This document shows, piece after piece, positions 50,613-60,749 of a stretch of DNA of 64,000 bases. Position numbers and translations under genes: made by a program. Position 1 is the first letter of the stretch; the number at the start of each line of letters is the position of its first letter. Source of the DNA: an uncultured Aliarcobacter sp. (GTDB lineage: Bacteria; Campylobacterota; Campylobacteria; Campylobacterales; Arcobacteraceae); contig OY781945.1 of assembly GCA_963677435.1 (NCBI GenBank), positions 1,216,001 through 1,280,000 on the forward strand. The letters are read 5' to 3'. The notes under the pieces are model-generated. The model had not been told where the DNA came from and ran no database searches. It saw only the letters and a program-made list of their open reading frames with translations.

Positions 50613-51476
50613 ATGGGTGAAAAAAAATATGAAGAGACTAGACCTTCAATAACAGCTGAACTTCGTCGTACAGTTGAAGTTGAATCAGGTCATTGTTGTG
50701 CAATTAAAGGATGTACTGAACACACATATCTTGAAATACATCATATTGATGAAAATCGAGAAAACAACACTTTAGACAATTTAATTTTACTTTGTGATAA
50801 ACATCATAAAATGGCACATGCTAAGGTCATTGATCGTAAAGCTCTACGTGAATATAAGAAACTATTGACTGATTCCCACAATACACTGATACTTGAACGT
50901 TTCGATCAACTAGAAAAGCTATTAAGAGGTGAAGACAAACCTAGTCAACCAGTGCCAAAACCAGCGGAAAGACAGCCTGTTGATGAAAATATCAAAAAAT
51001 TAACTCCTGATCGTCATGAGATTCTTCATTTTGCCTTAACTCATGTTGCAATTACTCACTATGAAAAATCTCATAATCTATATTTTGAACATCAAGTAGA
51101 ATTTGTACGCGGCTCAGACCGTTTATTACTTGATGCCGTAAGACAAGATGATGAGCTTGAATCAGACATAATAATAGATGTTCATTATTTCCGAAAATCT
51201 TACATGGATGCTCCTGCTTATGCTTCTTGGCTCGAGAAAAAAATTGAACTGTATGAATTATTAACAGGCAGAAAAGCAAGAGGGATTTTACTTGTAGTAA
51301 CTGGTAAGAAAATGGATATTCCTCTAACTGAAGAAGGAGTAAAAAATAGCAAACGGGAAATTTTTCTTGAAGTATATTCATGTGATGAAGTTGGATTCCA
51401 CCCTGGGGCTGTGAGTGCTGCTCTATTCGCATCAAATGTAAAAGAAGCTAACAAATCATTGGAGAGAAATATTTGA
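50613..51476 (+). CDS. Cassette 3: HNH endonuclease with uncharacterised C-terminal domain
   Basis: CAIKGC..LEIHHIDENRENN..NLILLCDKHH..AH; frequent CGT codons unlike neighbouring genes. Confidence 0.8.
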   Translation: MGEKKYEETRPSITAELRRTVEVESGHCCAIKGCTEHTYLEIHHIDENRENNTLDNLILLCDKHHKMAHAKVIDRKALREYKKLLTDSHNTLILERFDQLEKLLRGEDKPSQPVPKPAERQPVDENIKKLTPDRHEILHFALTHVAITHYEKSHNLYFEHQVEFVRGSDRLLLDAVRQDDELESDIIIDVHYFRKSYMDAPAYASWLEKKIELYELLTGRKARGILLVVTGKKMDIPLTEEGVKNSKREIFLEVYSCDEVGFHPGAVSAALFASNVKEANKSLERNI

Positions 51477-51514
51477 CCCTGCGGCTCAAATATTTCTCAA
51501 CTCAATCGTTATGT
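51446..51514 (+). mobile_element. attC site 3
   Basis: AGCTAAC-aaatc..GAGAAATATTTGA-loop-TCAAATATTTCTC..-GTTATGT; R'' is complementary to the GTTAGCT at the cassette start. Confidence 0.88.
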
Positions 51515-51537
51515 GTAAAGGAGAACATGTCAAAATA

Positions 51538-51660
51538 ACTGCTAGTGATGGTAAAAACTACAATACAAATTATTATAGTTTTGAAGTTATTCTCTCACTA
51601 TGATATAGAATTAGTTCAAACAAAGCTATAGAGTTTAGAAAGTATCAACACAAATTTTAA
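51538..51660 (+). pseudogene. RhuM-family gene fragment
   Basis: TASDGKNYNTNYYSFEVILSL*YRISSNKAIEFRK aligns with the 16466 ORF; internal TGA at 51601. Confidence 0.7.
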
Positions 51661-51900
51661 AACAGTATGTCCATTCTTGTTTATGTACTTGATAATGAAA
51701 GATTACAAAATGACATATTTTTTTATAAACTAAATTTTAAATGCTATGATAATAAAAAGTATGGAGAAAAATAAGATGAAAAATTTAACTTATTATAGAA
51801 CTAAAATAATTCATGCGCTTGATTATCCATTTTAAAATAAGCATTTAAGAGAAGATATACCAAAACATACAATTTACTGGAAAAATTATGAGGATAAATA

Positions 51901-52189
51901 ATGAAAGAAAAAATTCCTAATCTACAAATCAGATAACCAAGATGTAAAAGTAGATGTACTTTTATATGATGAAAATATTTGGCTTACACAAAAACAAATG
52001 GCTCAATTATTCGGCAAAGCAAAATCAATAATAAATGAACATATTAAAAATATTTTTAAAGATGGAGAGCTGATAGAGTCGGATGTTATACAGAAATTCG
52101 GAAATTTCGAATTTCAGAAAAAATCACCAAACTATTATAATCTTGATACTATTATTTCTGTTGGATATAGAGTGAAATCAATACAGTGA
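51901..52189 (+). pseudogene. Frameshifted, truncated RhuM-family gene
   Basis: ATG 51901, then a frameshift into FLIYKSDNQDVKVDVLLYDENIWLTQKQMAQLF..YYNLDTIISVGYRVKSIQ*. Confidence 0.75.
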
Positions 52190-52211
52190 ATGCGGCGTTA
52201 TCTGCTCCCTT

Positions 52212-52256
52212 ATCTTTAAAGAAATCTTCTTCCCTACTTCAAAAATTTTATTTATA
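52212..52256 (+). repeat. Degenerate copy of the iclR 3' end (matches 53617-53661)
   Basis: 38 of 45 nt identical by manual ungapped alignment. Confidence 0.7.
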
Positions 52257-52270
52257 TAATCGCTCTAGTA

Positions 52271-52299
52271 TTGACATAATTACGATTATCATATATAAT
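52271..52299 (+). promoter_or_regulatory. Consensus sigma70 promoter of the TA-like pair
   Basis: TTGACA-17 nt-TATAAT; imperfect palindrome TACGATTATCATA in the spacer. Confidence 0.75.
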
Positions 52300-52318
52300 G
52301 TTATAAAAAGGAGTTGTA

Positions 52319-52840
52319 ATGACACAAAAAGAAATTAGTAATTATTTAGATATACCCTTTGCAACTTTAAATGATTGGAAACAAGAAAATAGTAATAGAT
52401 TCAAACTTTTTGATTTACTTACAAATCTTGATTTAAAGCTTGTAGAAAGTATATTATCAAAAAAAAACAATCATAGAATTTTTCATATTTTAAATAGAAA
52501 TATAGATAATTCATCTAAATTTTCATATGATGAAATAAAAAAAGCTTTTTCAAACAAAAATTACCATAATGCAACAATACGAGAACAAACTATTTATTCT
52601 AAGTTTTTTAAGGAGATTGAACCATCTGAATTAGATGATTTTGTAAAAACTTTTAATGTTTCAAAAAGAGATATTAAAAATTTGTATATATCAAGTTCTT
52701 TTAGAAATATAACTGGTATTGCAATAAAATGGGATAGAAGATTCAGATTAAAACATATTTCTACAAATATTGAAAATAAAAAAGTTATGCCCTCTTCATT
52801 ACAAAAAATATTAAATAAAAAGAATTTAAGTCATGTATAA
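52319..52840 (+). CDS. HTH protein, putative antitoxin
   Basis: MTQKEIS..LDIP.ATL.DW HTH; overlaps the downstream nucleotidyltransferase gene. Confidence 0.65.
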   Translation: MTQKEISNYLDIPFATLNDWKQENSNRFKLFDLLTNLDLKLVESILSKKNNHRIFHILNRNIDNSSKFSYDEIKKAFSNKNYHNATIREQTIYSKFFKEIEPSELDDFVKTFNVSKRDIKNLYISSSFRNITGIAIKWDRRFRLKHISTNIENKKVMPSSLQKILNKKNLSHV

Positions 52841-53582
52841 TTTTTCTAAACAAAAAGAAATGTTTGATGTAGCTTTTCAATTATTAGAAGAAAATAATTT
52901 AAAAGAAGTCTCTTCTTTAGGTGGAGGTACAGCCTTGGCTGCTTATTATTGGAATCATAGGTATTCTACTGATATTGATATTTTTATTTACGATAAAGAA
53001 AATAGAACGCATTTACTTAAACCTTCAAATTGGAGTCAAGAAATAAAATCTAAAATGAACTCAATAGGTTATGACGAAAATTTCAGACATAATGATATTT
53101 ATACAGAAATTATTATAGATGAAAATTCAAAAATACAATTTTTTGATGTAATAAAAAAATCATACAATCCATATTTAAAGGTACTTTTATGGAATCGTGA
53201 AGTTATAATAGATTCTATTGAAGAGATTATTGCTAAAAAGATTTATTATAGAGGTGATGTTGGAAATGCCAGAGATCTTTTTGATATAGCAATAGCCATT
53301 CATAAAGAGCCTGATATTTTTACAAGAATGATTTTATCAAAAGATAAAATAAGAATACTATATGAAACAGTTTTAAATATAAATAATTTTGAAGAATTAA
53401 AGAATTTATATTTAGCAGAAATAATACTTATGAATCCAAATCCTGAGTATCAAATATTAGCTAATAATGCCATTTCATATCTGACTTTATTTCTTGAAAA
53501 TATCGTTGCATCATATGATATTGGATATGAATTATCAAGTGAAGAATATATTTTTATTGAGAATGAAATATGGGCTTATTAA
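52833..53582 (+). CDS. AbiEii/AbiGii-family nucleotidyltransferase toxin
   Basis: GGGTALA..HRYSTDIDIF, EIIAKK, RDLFD. Confidence 0.85.
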   Translation: MYNFSKQKEMFDVAFQLLEENNLKEVSSLGGGTALAAYYWNHRYSTDIDIFIYDKENRTHLLKPSNWSQEIKSKMNSIGYDENFRHNDIYTEIIIDENSKIQFFDVIKKSYNPYLKVLLWNREVIIDSIEEIIAKKIYYRGDVGNARDLFDIAIAIHKEPDIFTRMILSKDKIRILYETVLNINNFEELKNLYLAEIILMNPNPEYQILANNAISYLTLFLENIVASYDIGYELSSEEYIFIENEIWAY

Positions 53583-53600
53583 GAAAAAATCAAATAACTC

Positions 53601-54377
53601 CTAGGTTCTATACCCCATCTTCAAAGAAATCTTCTTGCTAGCTTCAACAACTTTATTTATAAATTGTTGAGCTTTTACTCCATTTATCCTTTGTATTGGT
53701 CCTACCAAAGAAACGGCTGCTATTATATTTTTATTATAATCCCTTATTGGGGCAGCAATAGAAACAATACCATCTATAAACTCATTTTGAATATAACAAT
53801 AACCTAGTTTTTTAATCTCTTTTAATTCCTCTTTTAATACAACAGGATTAGTCACAGTTGATGAGGTATATTTATGAAAATCCATTTTTAAAAGCTTATC
53901 AATTTCACTCTCTTTTTGATATGCAAAGAGTAGTTTCCCTGAGCTTGTACAGTGAATTGGATTTATTCTTCCTATATGTACAAAAATTTGTATTGGATAA
54001 CTTGATTTTATTTGTTCCATATATATTACACTTGAGCCTTCTAATTCAGCTAATTGAACTGACTCAGAAGTTTCATGTGCAAGTTCTTCCAAAATAGGAT
54101 GTGCTTCTTTTACTACTTCCATTTCTGACATCAAAGAACTATATAGAGTTAAGATTTTTGTTCCAAGGGAGTATTTTTGTGTTTCTGGATTTTTTTTAAC
54201 ATAACCTTTATTTAACAAAGTTTTTAAAAGTCTACTAACTGTACTTTTTGCTAAATCTAACTCAATTGCTATTTGTGTTACTCTTTTTTCTGTCTCATCA
54301 ATAGTAAAACATTCAAGTATTTTTAAGGCATTTTCCACAGAAGATAAATTCGAACTATTGTTCACAAAAAGCTCCAA
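53601..54377 (-). CDS. IclR-family regulator (PobR-like role), divergent from pobA
   Basis: SVENALKILE, LAKSTVSRLL, HCTSSGK, SIAAPI. Confidence 0.9.
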   Translation of the reverse strand: MELFVNNSSNLSSVENALKILECFTIDETEKRVTQIAIELDLAKSTVSRLLKTLLNKGYVKKNPETQKYSLGTKILTLYSSLMSEMEVVKEAHPILEELAHETSESVQLAELEGSSVIYMEQIKSSYPIQIFVHIGRINPIHCTSSGKLLFAYQKESEIDKLLKMDFHKYTSSTVTNPVVLKEELKEIKKLGYCYIQNEFIDGIVSIAAPIRDYNKNIIAAVSLVGPIQRINGVKAQQFINKVVEASKKISLKMGYRT

Positions 54378-54472
54378 ATTTGTTGATTTTTATCATTATA
54401 TTGCATATTTTATTAAAATTTGCATATTTTGTTCCATATAGAAGAACATTAGTATTTTATATAGAACAATAA

Positions 54473-55702
<1,230 letters not shown>

Positions 55703-55720
55703 AATTAATTTCATAAGAAG

Positions 55721-55754
55721 ATTAAAATCAAAATAGAAATATTTTGATTTTAAT
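55721..55754. terminator. Hairpin between pobA and the convergent gene
   Basis: ATTAAAATCAAAATA-GAAA-TATTTTGATTTTAAT. Confidence 0.55.
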
Positions 55755-55804
55755 TAGTATAAAGTTTTATAAGTTTAATTTTTACTAGCTAATATGGGAT
55801 ATTA

Positions 55805-56050
55805 TTAAAAACAACATCCACTTCCGCAACATTTTAAAGATTTTTCTTTTATATTTACAGTAGAAATAACATAGTTATCAAAAATCTTTAAAACCTCAAA
55901 TTTATGTTTTGAACAGAAATTTTCATTCATATTATCTTTTAATTCTAAAGCATAATTTAATGCTTCTTCATTTGAATCAAATTCAAAATTAGCTTTTAAT
56001 TCACTTTTATTAAAACAATCACATATATTAGGAATAGTTACTTTACACAT
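55805..56050 (-). CDS. Small Cys-rich hypothetical protein
   Basis: GAAGG RBS; CxC, FCxKH and C-terminal CCGSGCC. Confidence 0.7.
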   Translation of the reverse strand: MCKVTIPNICDCFNKSELKANFEFDSNEEALNYALELKDNMNENFCSKHKFEVLKIFDNYVISTVNIKEKSLKCCGSGCCF

Positions 56051-56079
56051 ATATAAACCTTCATCAATTATTTTATATA

Positions 56080-56565
56080 TTAATTTAAAAGTTTAAGTGT
56101 AAGATCTTCATAAATCTTTATCTCTTCTTTTGTAAGTTTAGAAAAACACTCTTCTTCAAATGCAAACACATCTATTAAAGCATTTTTGCACACATCATAA
56201 CCAAGTGGTGTTAATTGAACTAAACTACTTCGTTTATCATATTGATTATCTACTCTAACAATATAACCTTTATCTTCTAACTTTTTTAGTACTTTTGTAA
56301 TTGCCCCTGAAGTAAACATTAGTTTTTCATATATTTTTGTAGGACTTAAAACATTATCTGCATTATTTGACATAAGTAAACAACGCATAACATCAAGTTC
56401 ACTATTTGTTATATTATATTTTTCCTCTTGTATTTTTGTAGTACCTCTATGTAATTTTTGATGGTACATATAAAAAGGCACAACCACATGCAAAACATCG
56501 TTATAAGTTTCAGGAGAACGCTCTCGTACTCTTTGTATTTTTGTTTCTAGTTCTTGTTTATTCAT
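56080..56565 (-). CDS. MarR-family regulator (FerR/CouR-like role by context)
   Basis: TSGAITKVLKKLE.KGYI.R...DKRS..V.LT..G; divergent from the hydroxycinnamate operon. Confidence 0.9.
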   Translation of the reverse strand: MNKQELETKIQRVRERSPETYNDVLHVVVPFYMYHQKLHRGTTKIQEEKYNITNSELDVMRCLLMSNNADNVLSPTKIYEKLMFTSGAITKVLKKLEDKGYIVRVDNQYDKRSSLVQLTPLGYDVCKNALIDVFAFEEECFSKLTKEEIKIYEDLTLKLLN

Positions 56566-56626
56566 AGCAACAGAATAGCATTTCTAATATTAAAATTTCT
56601 TTAATATAATACTTGTATTTAAAAAG

Positions 56627-56644
56627 TAAGATATTTATATCTTA
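56627..56644. promoter_or_regulatory. Candidate MarR operator
   Basis: Perfect inverted repeat TAAGATAT-TT-ATATCTTA in the divergent intergenic region. Confidence 0.5.
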
Positions 56645-56736
56645 AAAGTATTATACCAGTAAGATACTTTTAAGTTTTCTTCTGTTAGACTTCTAAAATA
56701 ACAAATAAGAAGAGTTAAAAAAAGAAAGGAAAATTT

Positions 56737-58758
56737 ATGGGAACAAATGGAAAATCAGCTGCAACAGAAGCATTAGCTGCTGCTGGTGATCATTTACAAG
56801 CACAAGATGTTGGTGCTTTAGATGAAGCAATGTCAGGTGCTTCAAAAAAACTAAACCTTACAAATTCTAGTTTAGTTGAGCGTTTGATATATGGACCACA
56901 ACCAGAACTTTCTGAGTTAACATCTGGTGTAGATGCTATGAATGCTGCTAAAACAAATGAAGCAGACAAGATTTTAAATACAGCTTTATCTTTACTTGAA
57001 AACGGTCAAGCATTTAGTAGTGATGGTAAATTATCTTCTAAATTAAGAGAAGAAGTATCTAAAAACACTGCTTATGGATTCACAGTTCCAGGTGAATTTG
57101 GAGGATTAGGATTAAACTACAATCAATTAGCAATCTTAGAAGAATCTTTGGCATCAAATGGTTTAGGTGCTTTAGCTGTTGAGTTATCAGGACAATTAAC
57201 AATTGGTTCAAGTTCACTTCTTGGTTATGGTGATGATAAACAAAAATCTACTTTTTTACCAATGATTGCTCAAGGAAGAATTACTTCTTTTGCATTAACA
57301 GAAGTAGGAGTTGGTGTAAATGCTAAAAAAATTGAGGCTTATGTTGAAAAAGATGAAGCTAATAATTGTTTTAGATTATTTGCACAAGGTGCTGCAAATA
57401 AACTATATATCACAAGTGCAATTCACAGTGGAATAATGGCAATTGCTGCAAGAATTGGTAAAGGTGGGAAAAAAATAGGTTTATTTATTATTGAACTTCC
57501 AAAAGAAGATATTGATAATGGTGAATACCAATTTAAAATCACAGAGGGAAATTCTGATGCATTTAAATCAATTTATAACAGCAGAATTGAGTTTATAAAC
57601 TTTCCAATTCCTGCTGAAAATGAGATAAAAGCAGATGGAGTCGAAGTTTTATTTTACTGTTTAAGAATGGGAAGATGTATGTTAACTGCAATGTGTGCTG
57701 GTTATCAAAAAATGATGGCAGCAGATGCTGTTAATTATGCAAAACAAAGACTAGGTGTTGGTGGACATATTATTAAACATGAATTACCAAGACTAGGAAT
57801 TGGAAAAATGTTAGGAGGCGCTTTAGCTTCCCAAGCACTTTCTCATCTTTCATTAAGCCAAGATTCACAAGGTGTAGATTTAGCAGGGCTTAGGGATATT
57901 TCAAAATCTTATGCTGCAAGTGCTGCTTTAAATTCATTAATTGCTTGTGAAAGAGTAATAGGTGGACGAAGTTTTGATAAAGAATCAAGAATTACAGAAG
58001 CTAGGGTAAATATGCATGTATTTGGAATAGTTGAGGGTGAAAATGATTTGATTTTAATGGGAATGATAAAAGATATTACTTCTAAATTTACTTCATTATA
58101 CATGGTTAGTATGTTAAGTGTCCTTCAAGAAGCAAATATGATAAATGGTGAACCTGTTTCAAAAGAAAATAGAATTTTAAAAATTGATTTAAAAACATTT
58201 ATTAAACATCCAATGCGTTGTTTAACTGCAACAGGAAAATTAATTTTCAAACCAGGTTTATATAAATTAATTGGATGGATTCTAAAAAATGCAATAAGTG
58301 AAATACCTCATATTGCTGGACGATTTGTTCCTTTATGGATGAAAACTCGTTATTCAGAAGTTCCAAATGATTTAAAAAAATATGTTTATTATGCTGAAAG
58401 AAATTTAAGAAAATGTAAATGGCTTTACCTTGGTATTAGTTTGTACTATCAATTAGAACAAACACATGCACAGGTTCCAATTCAAAGATTGGGTAAAAAA
58501 ATAGAGCTATTAGTTGCAATGTTAGCTCTTTGTACTCATGCTTCAAAACAAGATGAGTCTCAACAAGCTATTGCAGCACTTCAATCTGAAATTATGAAAG
58601 TTGAAATAGAAGGAATCCAAATATTAAAAGGATTATCTTCAACTGAAACTTTACGAAGACATCTAATAAAAGTTGGTGATGATGCTTTAAATGGAAATAG
58701 TTCTCTAATTAAAGATATTAAACCTCAGGTATTTGCCCACGATTGGCAAAGTAAATAA
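56737..58758 (+). CDS. Long acyl-CoA dehydrogenase family protein
   Basis: VPGEFGGLG, YGDDKQK..FLP, SFALTE..G, KLYIT, GGRSF, IVEGEN. Confidence 0.85.
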   Translation: MGTNGKSAATEALAAAGDHLQAQDVGALDEAMSGASKKLNLTNSSLVERLIYGPQPELSELTSGVDAMNAAKTNEADKILNTALSLLENGQAFSSDGKLSSKLREEVSKNTAYGFTVPGEFGGLGLNYNQLAILEESLASNGLGALAVELSGQLTIGSSSLLGYGDDKQKSTFLPMIAQGRITSFALTEVGVGVNAKKIEAYVEKDEANNCFRLFAQGAANKLYITSAIHSGIMAIAARIGKGGKKIGLFIIELPKEDIDNGEYQFKITEGNSDAFKSIYNSRIEFINFPIPAENEIKADGVEVLFYCLRMGRCMLTAMCAGYQKMMAADAVNYAKQRLGVGGHIIKHELPRLGIGKMLGGALASQALSHLSLSQDSQGVDLAGLRDISKSYAASAALNSLIACERVIGGRSFDKESRITEARVNMHVFGIVEGENDLILMGMIKDITSKFTSLYMVSMLSVLQEANMINGEPVSKENRILKIDLKTFIKHPMRCLTATGKLIFKPGLYKLIGWILKNAISEIPHIAGRFVPLWMKTRYSEVPNDLKKYVYYAERNLRKCKWLYLGISLYYQLEQTHAQVPIQRLGKKIELLVAMLALCTHASKQDESQQAIAALQSEIMKVEIEGIQILKGLSSTETLRRHLIKVGDDALNGNSSLIKDIKPQVFAHDWQSK

Positions 58759-58813
58759 AAACAAAGATTCAACAGAATCATAAAAAATTAATCTAAAAAT
58801 AAAAGGAAATAAA

Positions 58814-59641
58814 ATGGCAAATGAAACAAATGTAGTTGAATATACAATCGAAAATAAAATAGCGTGGATTAAATTTAATAGACCAGAAAAAAGAAATTGT
58901 ATGAGTCCAACTCTAAATAGAAGAATGATGGAAATTCTTGATGAATTAGAATATAACGACCAAGTTGGTGTAGTTGTATTAACTGGTGAAGGAACAGCTT
59001 TTAGTGCTGGTATGGATTTAAAAGAGTACTTTGTTGAAACAGAAGCTAAAGGTTTAGGTGCTACAAGACAAGCTCAAAGAGAAGCTTATGGTTGGTGGAA
59101 AAGACTAAGAGATTTTTATAAACCTACTATTGCCATGGTAAATGGTTGGTGTTTTGGTGGAGCTTATGGTCCATTATTCGCTTGTGATTTAGCTTTTGCT
59201 TCAAATGATGCACAATTTGGATTAAGTGAAATTAACTGGGGAATCTTACCAGGTGGTGGAGCTACTAAAGTTGCTGTTGAATTATTAAGTTTTAGAAATG
59301 CAATGTATCATTCGATGATGGGTGAAAATGTTGATGGTGTTAAAGCTGCTGAATGGGGATTAGTAAATGAATCTGTTGAAGCATCAAAATTAAAAGATAG
59401 AGTTACTGAAGTTTGTAATGTATTATTACAAAAAAATCCAGTTGCATTAAAAGCTACAAAAGAAGCGGTTAGAAAAGTATCAGAAATGACTTATGAAAAT
59501 GCACAAGATTACCTAATTAGAGCACAAGAAGCTGCAAATTATTTTGATAATACAGGAAGAAAAGAAGGTATTAAACAATTTATTTTTGAAAAAACTTATA
59601 AACCAGGTCTTGGTGCTTATAACAAAGATATCCAAAGATAG
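58814..59641 (+). CDS. ech: Hydroxycinnamoyl (feruloyl)-CoA hydratase/lyase
   Basis: NRPEKRN.MSPTLN, AGMDLKEYF, VNGWCFGG, SEINWGI.PG, YKPGL.AY. Confidence 0.92.
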   Translation: MANETNVVEYTIENKIAWIKFNRPEKRNCMSPTLNRRMMEILDELEYNDQVGVVVLTGEGTAFSAGMDLKEYFVETEAKGLGATRQAQREAYGWWKRLRDFYKPTIAMVNGWCFGGAYGPLFACDLAFASNDAQFGLSEINWGILPGGGATKVAVELLSFRNAMYHSMMGENVDGVKAAEWGLVNESVEASKLKDRVTEVCNVLLQKNPVALKATKEAVRKVSEMTYENAQDYLIRAQEAANYFDNTGRKEGIKQFIFEKTYKPGLGAYNKDIQR

Positions 59642-59694
59642 TTTTTATTTTATAAATATGAATAATAAATCAAATTAAATCTAAAAGGAAAGTT

Positions 59695-60732
59695 ATGAAA
59701 ATTTTGATACAAAAGGGTGCTATTTTATTAGCAAGTTCTATGCTATTAGTTGGTTCATTATGGGCTAAAGAAGATGCTGTTAAACCTATAACTTTGACAT
59801 TACATCATTTTTTAAGTTCAAAAGCGCCTCCACATGTGGAATTAATAGAACCTTGGGCTAAAAAAGTTGAAGAGATGTCTAAAGGTAGACTTAAAATTGA
59901 GATTTTCCCATCTATGAGTATGGGTGGAAAACCAAATGAACTTTATGGTCAAGCAAAAGATGGGTCAGCTGATATAGTATATACAATTGCTGGATATACT
60001 CCTGGACTTTTCACAAGAACAGAAGTTTTTGAATTACCAACAATTCATACAAATTCTAGTTTAAAAACTGCAATGGCAGCAAAAGAAAACTTTGATTTAA
60101 TAAAAGATGATTTTAAAGATGTAAAACCTCTTTTAATCGCATTAGCTGGACCATACCAATTAGATATGGTTAATAAAAAAGTTGAAAAATTTGATGATGT
60201 AAAAGGTTTAAAATTAAGATCACCATCAAGAACAGGTGCTTGGTATATTAGTGAATTAGGTGCTGAACCTGTAGGAATGCCATTACCAGATGTTCCTCAA
60301 TCACTTTCTAAAAATGCAATTGATGGTGCTGTTTTACCAATGGAAGTATTTCCAGCGTTTAAGTTCCAACAATTAACAAAATATACTACTGAAATCAAAG
60401 GCGGTGGAGGTTTTGGAGGATCTGTTTTATTACTTTTAATGAATAAAGATAAATTCAATAGCTTACCAAAAGATTTACAAGCTATATTAGAAGAGAGTAC
60501 AGGTAATGAATTAATTGAAAAATTTGCACAACTTGCTGACAAAATGGAAGTAATAGGAAAAGATTTACAAGTAAAATCAGGTGGAGAGATTATCACTTTA
60601 GATGAAACTGAAACTAAAAAATTTGATGAAGCTGGTGAAAGAGTAGTTCAAAAATGGATTAAAGAAGTGAATGAAAAAGGTATTGATGGTCAAAAAATTG
60701 TTGATGCTGTTAGAAAATCAATGAATAAATAA
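59695..60732 (+). CDS. dctP: TRAP transporter substrate-binding protein (paralogue 3)
   Basis: Same family motifs as the other two dctP; no adjacent dctQM. Confidence 0.88.
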   Translation: MKILIQKGAILLASSMLLVGSLWAKEDAVKPITLTLHHFLSSKAPPHVELIEPWAKKVEEMSKGRLKIEIFPSMSMGGKPNELYGQAKDGSADIVYTIAGYTPGLFTRTEVFELPTIHTNSSLKTAMAAKENFDLIKDDFKDVKPLLIALAGPYQLDMVNKKVEKFDDVKGLKLRSPSRTGAWYISELGAEPVGMPLPDVPQSLSKNAIDGAVLPMEVFPAFKFQQLTKYTTEIKGGGGFGGSVLLLLMNKDKFNSLPKDLQAILEESTGNELIEKFAQLADKMEVIGKDLQVKSGGEIITLDETETKKFDEAGERVVQKWIKEVNEKGIDGQKIVDAVRKSMNK

Positions 60733-60749
60733 GTTGCAGGAAGAATAAA

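Noticed and set aside
49618..51514. attC palindromes considered as CRISPR repeats or plain terminators
   Set aside because: They are separated by whole genes, are not identical and have no cas genes nearby. Cassette-wise R''/R' complementarity fits attC, and they lack U-tracts.
52180..52240. Minus-strand peptide ..EQITPHSL resembling a tyrosine-recombinase box II (possible intI remnant)
   Set aside because: It is followed by Y-stop rather than RH, and the adjacent sequence is better explained as a copy of the iclR 3' end.
54400..54470. IclR operator upstream of pobA (TGTTCCATATAGAAGAACA; TTGCATATTTT twice)
   Set aside because: Plausible but imperfect and different from the box at 32390/41743; not enough support to call.
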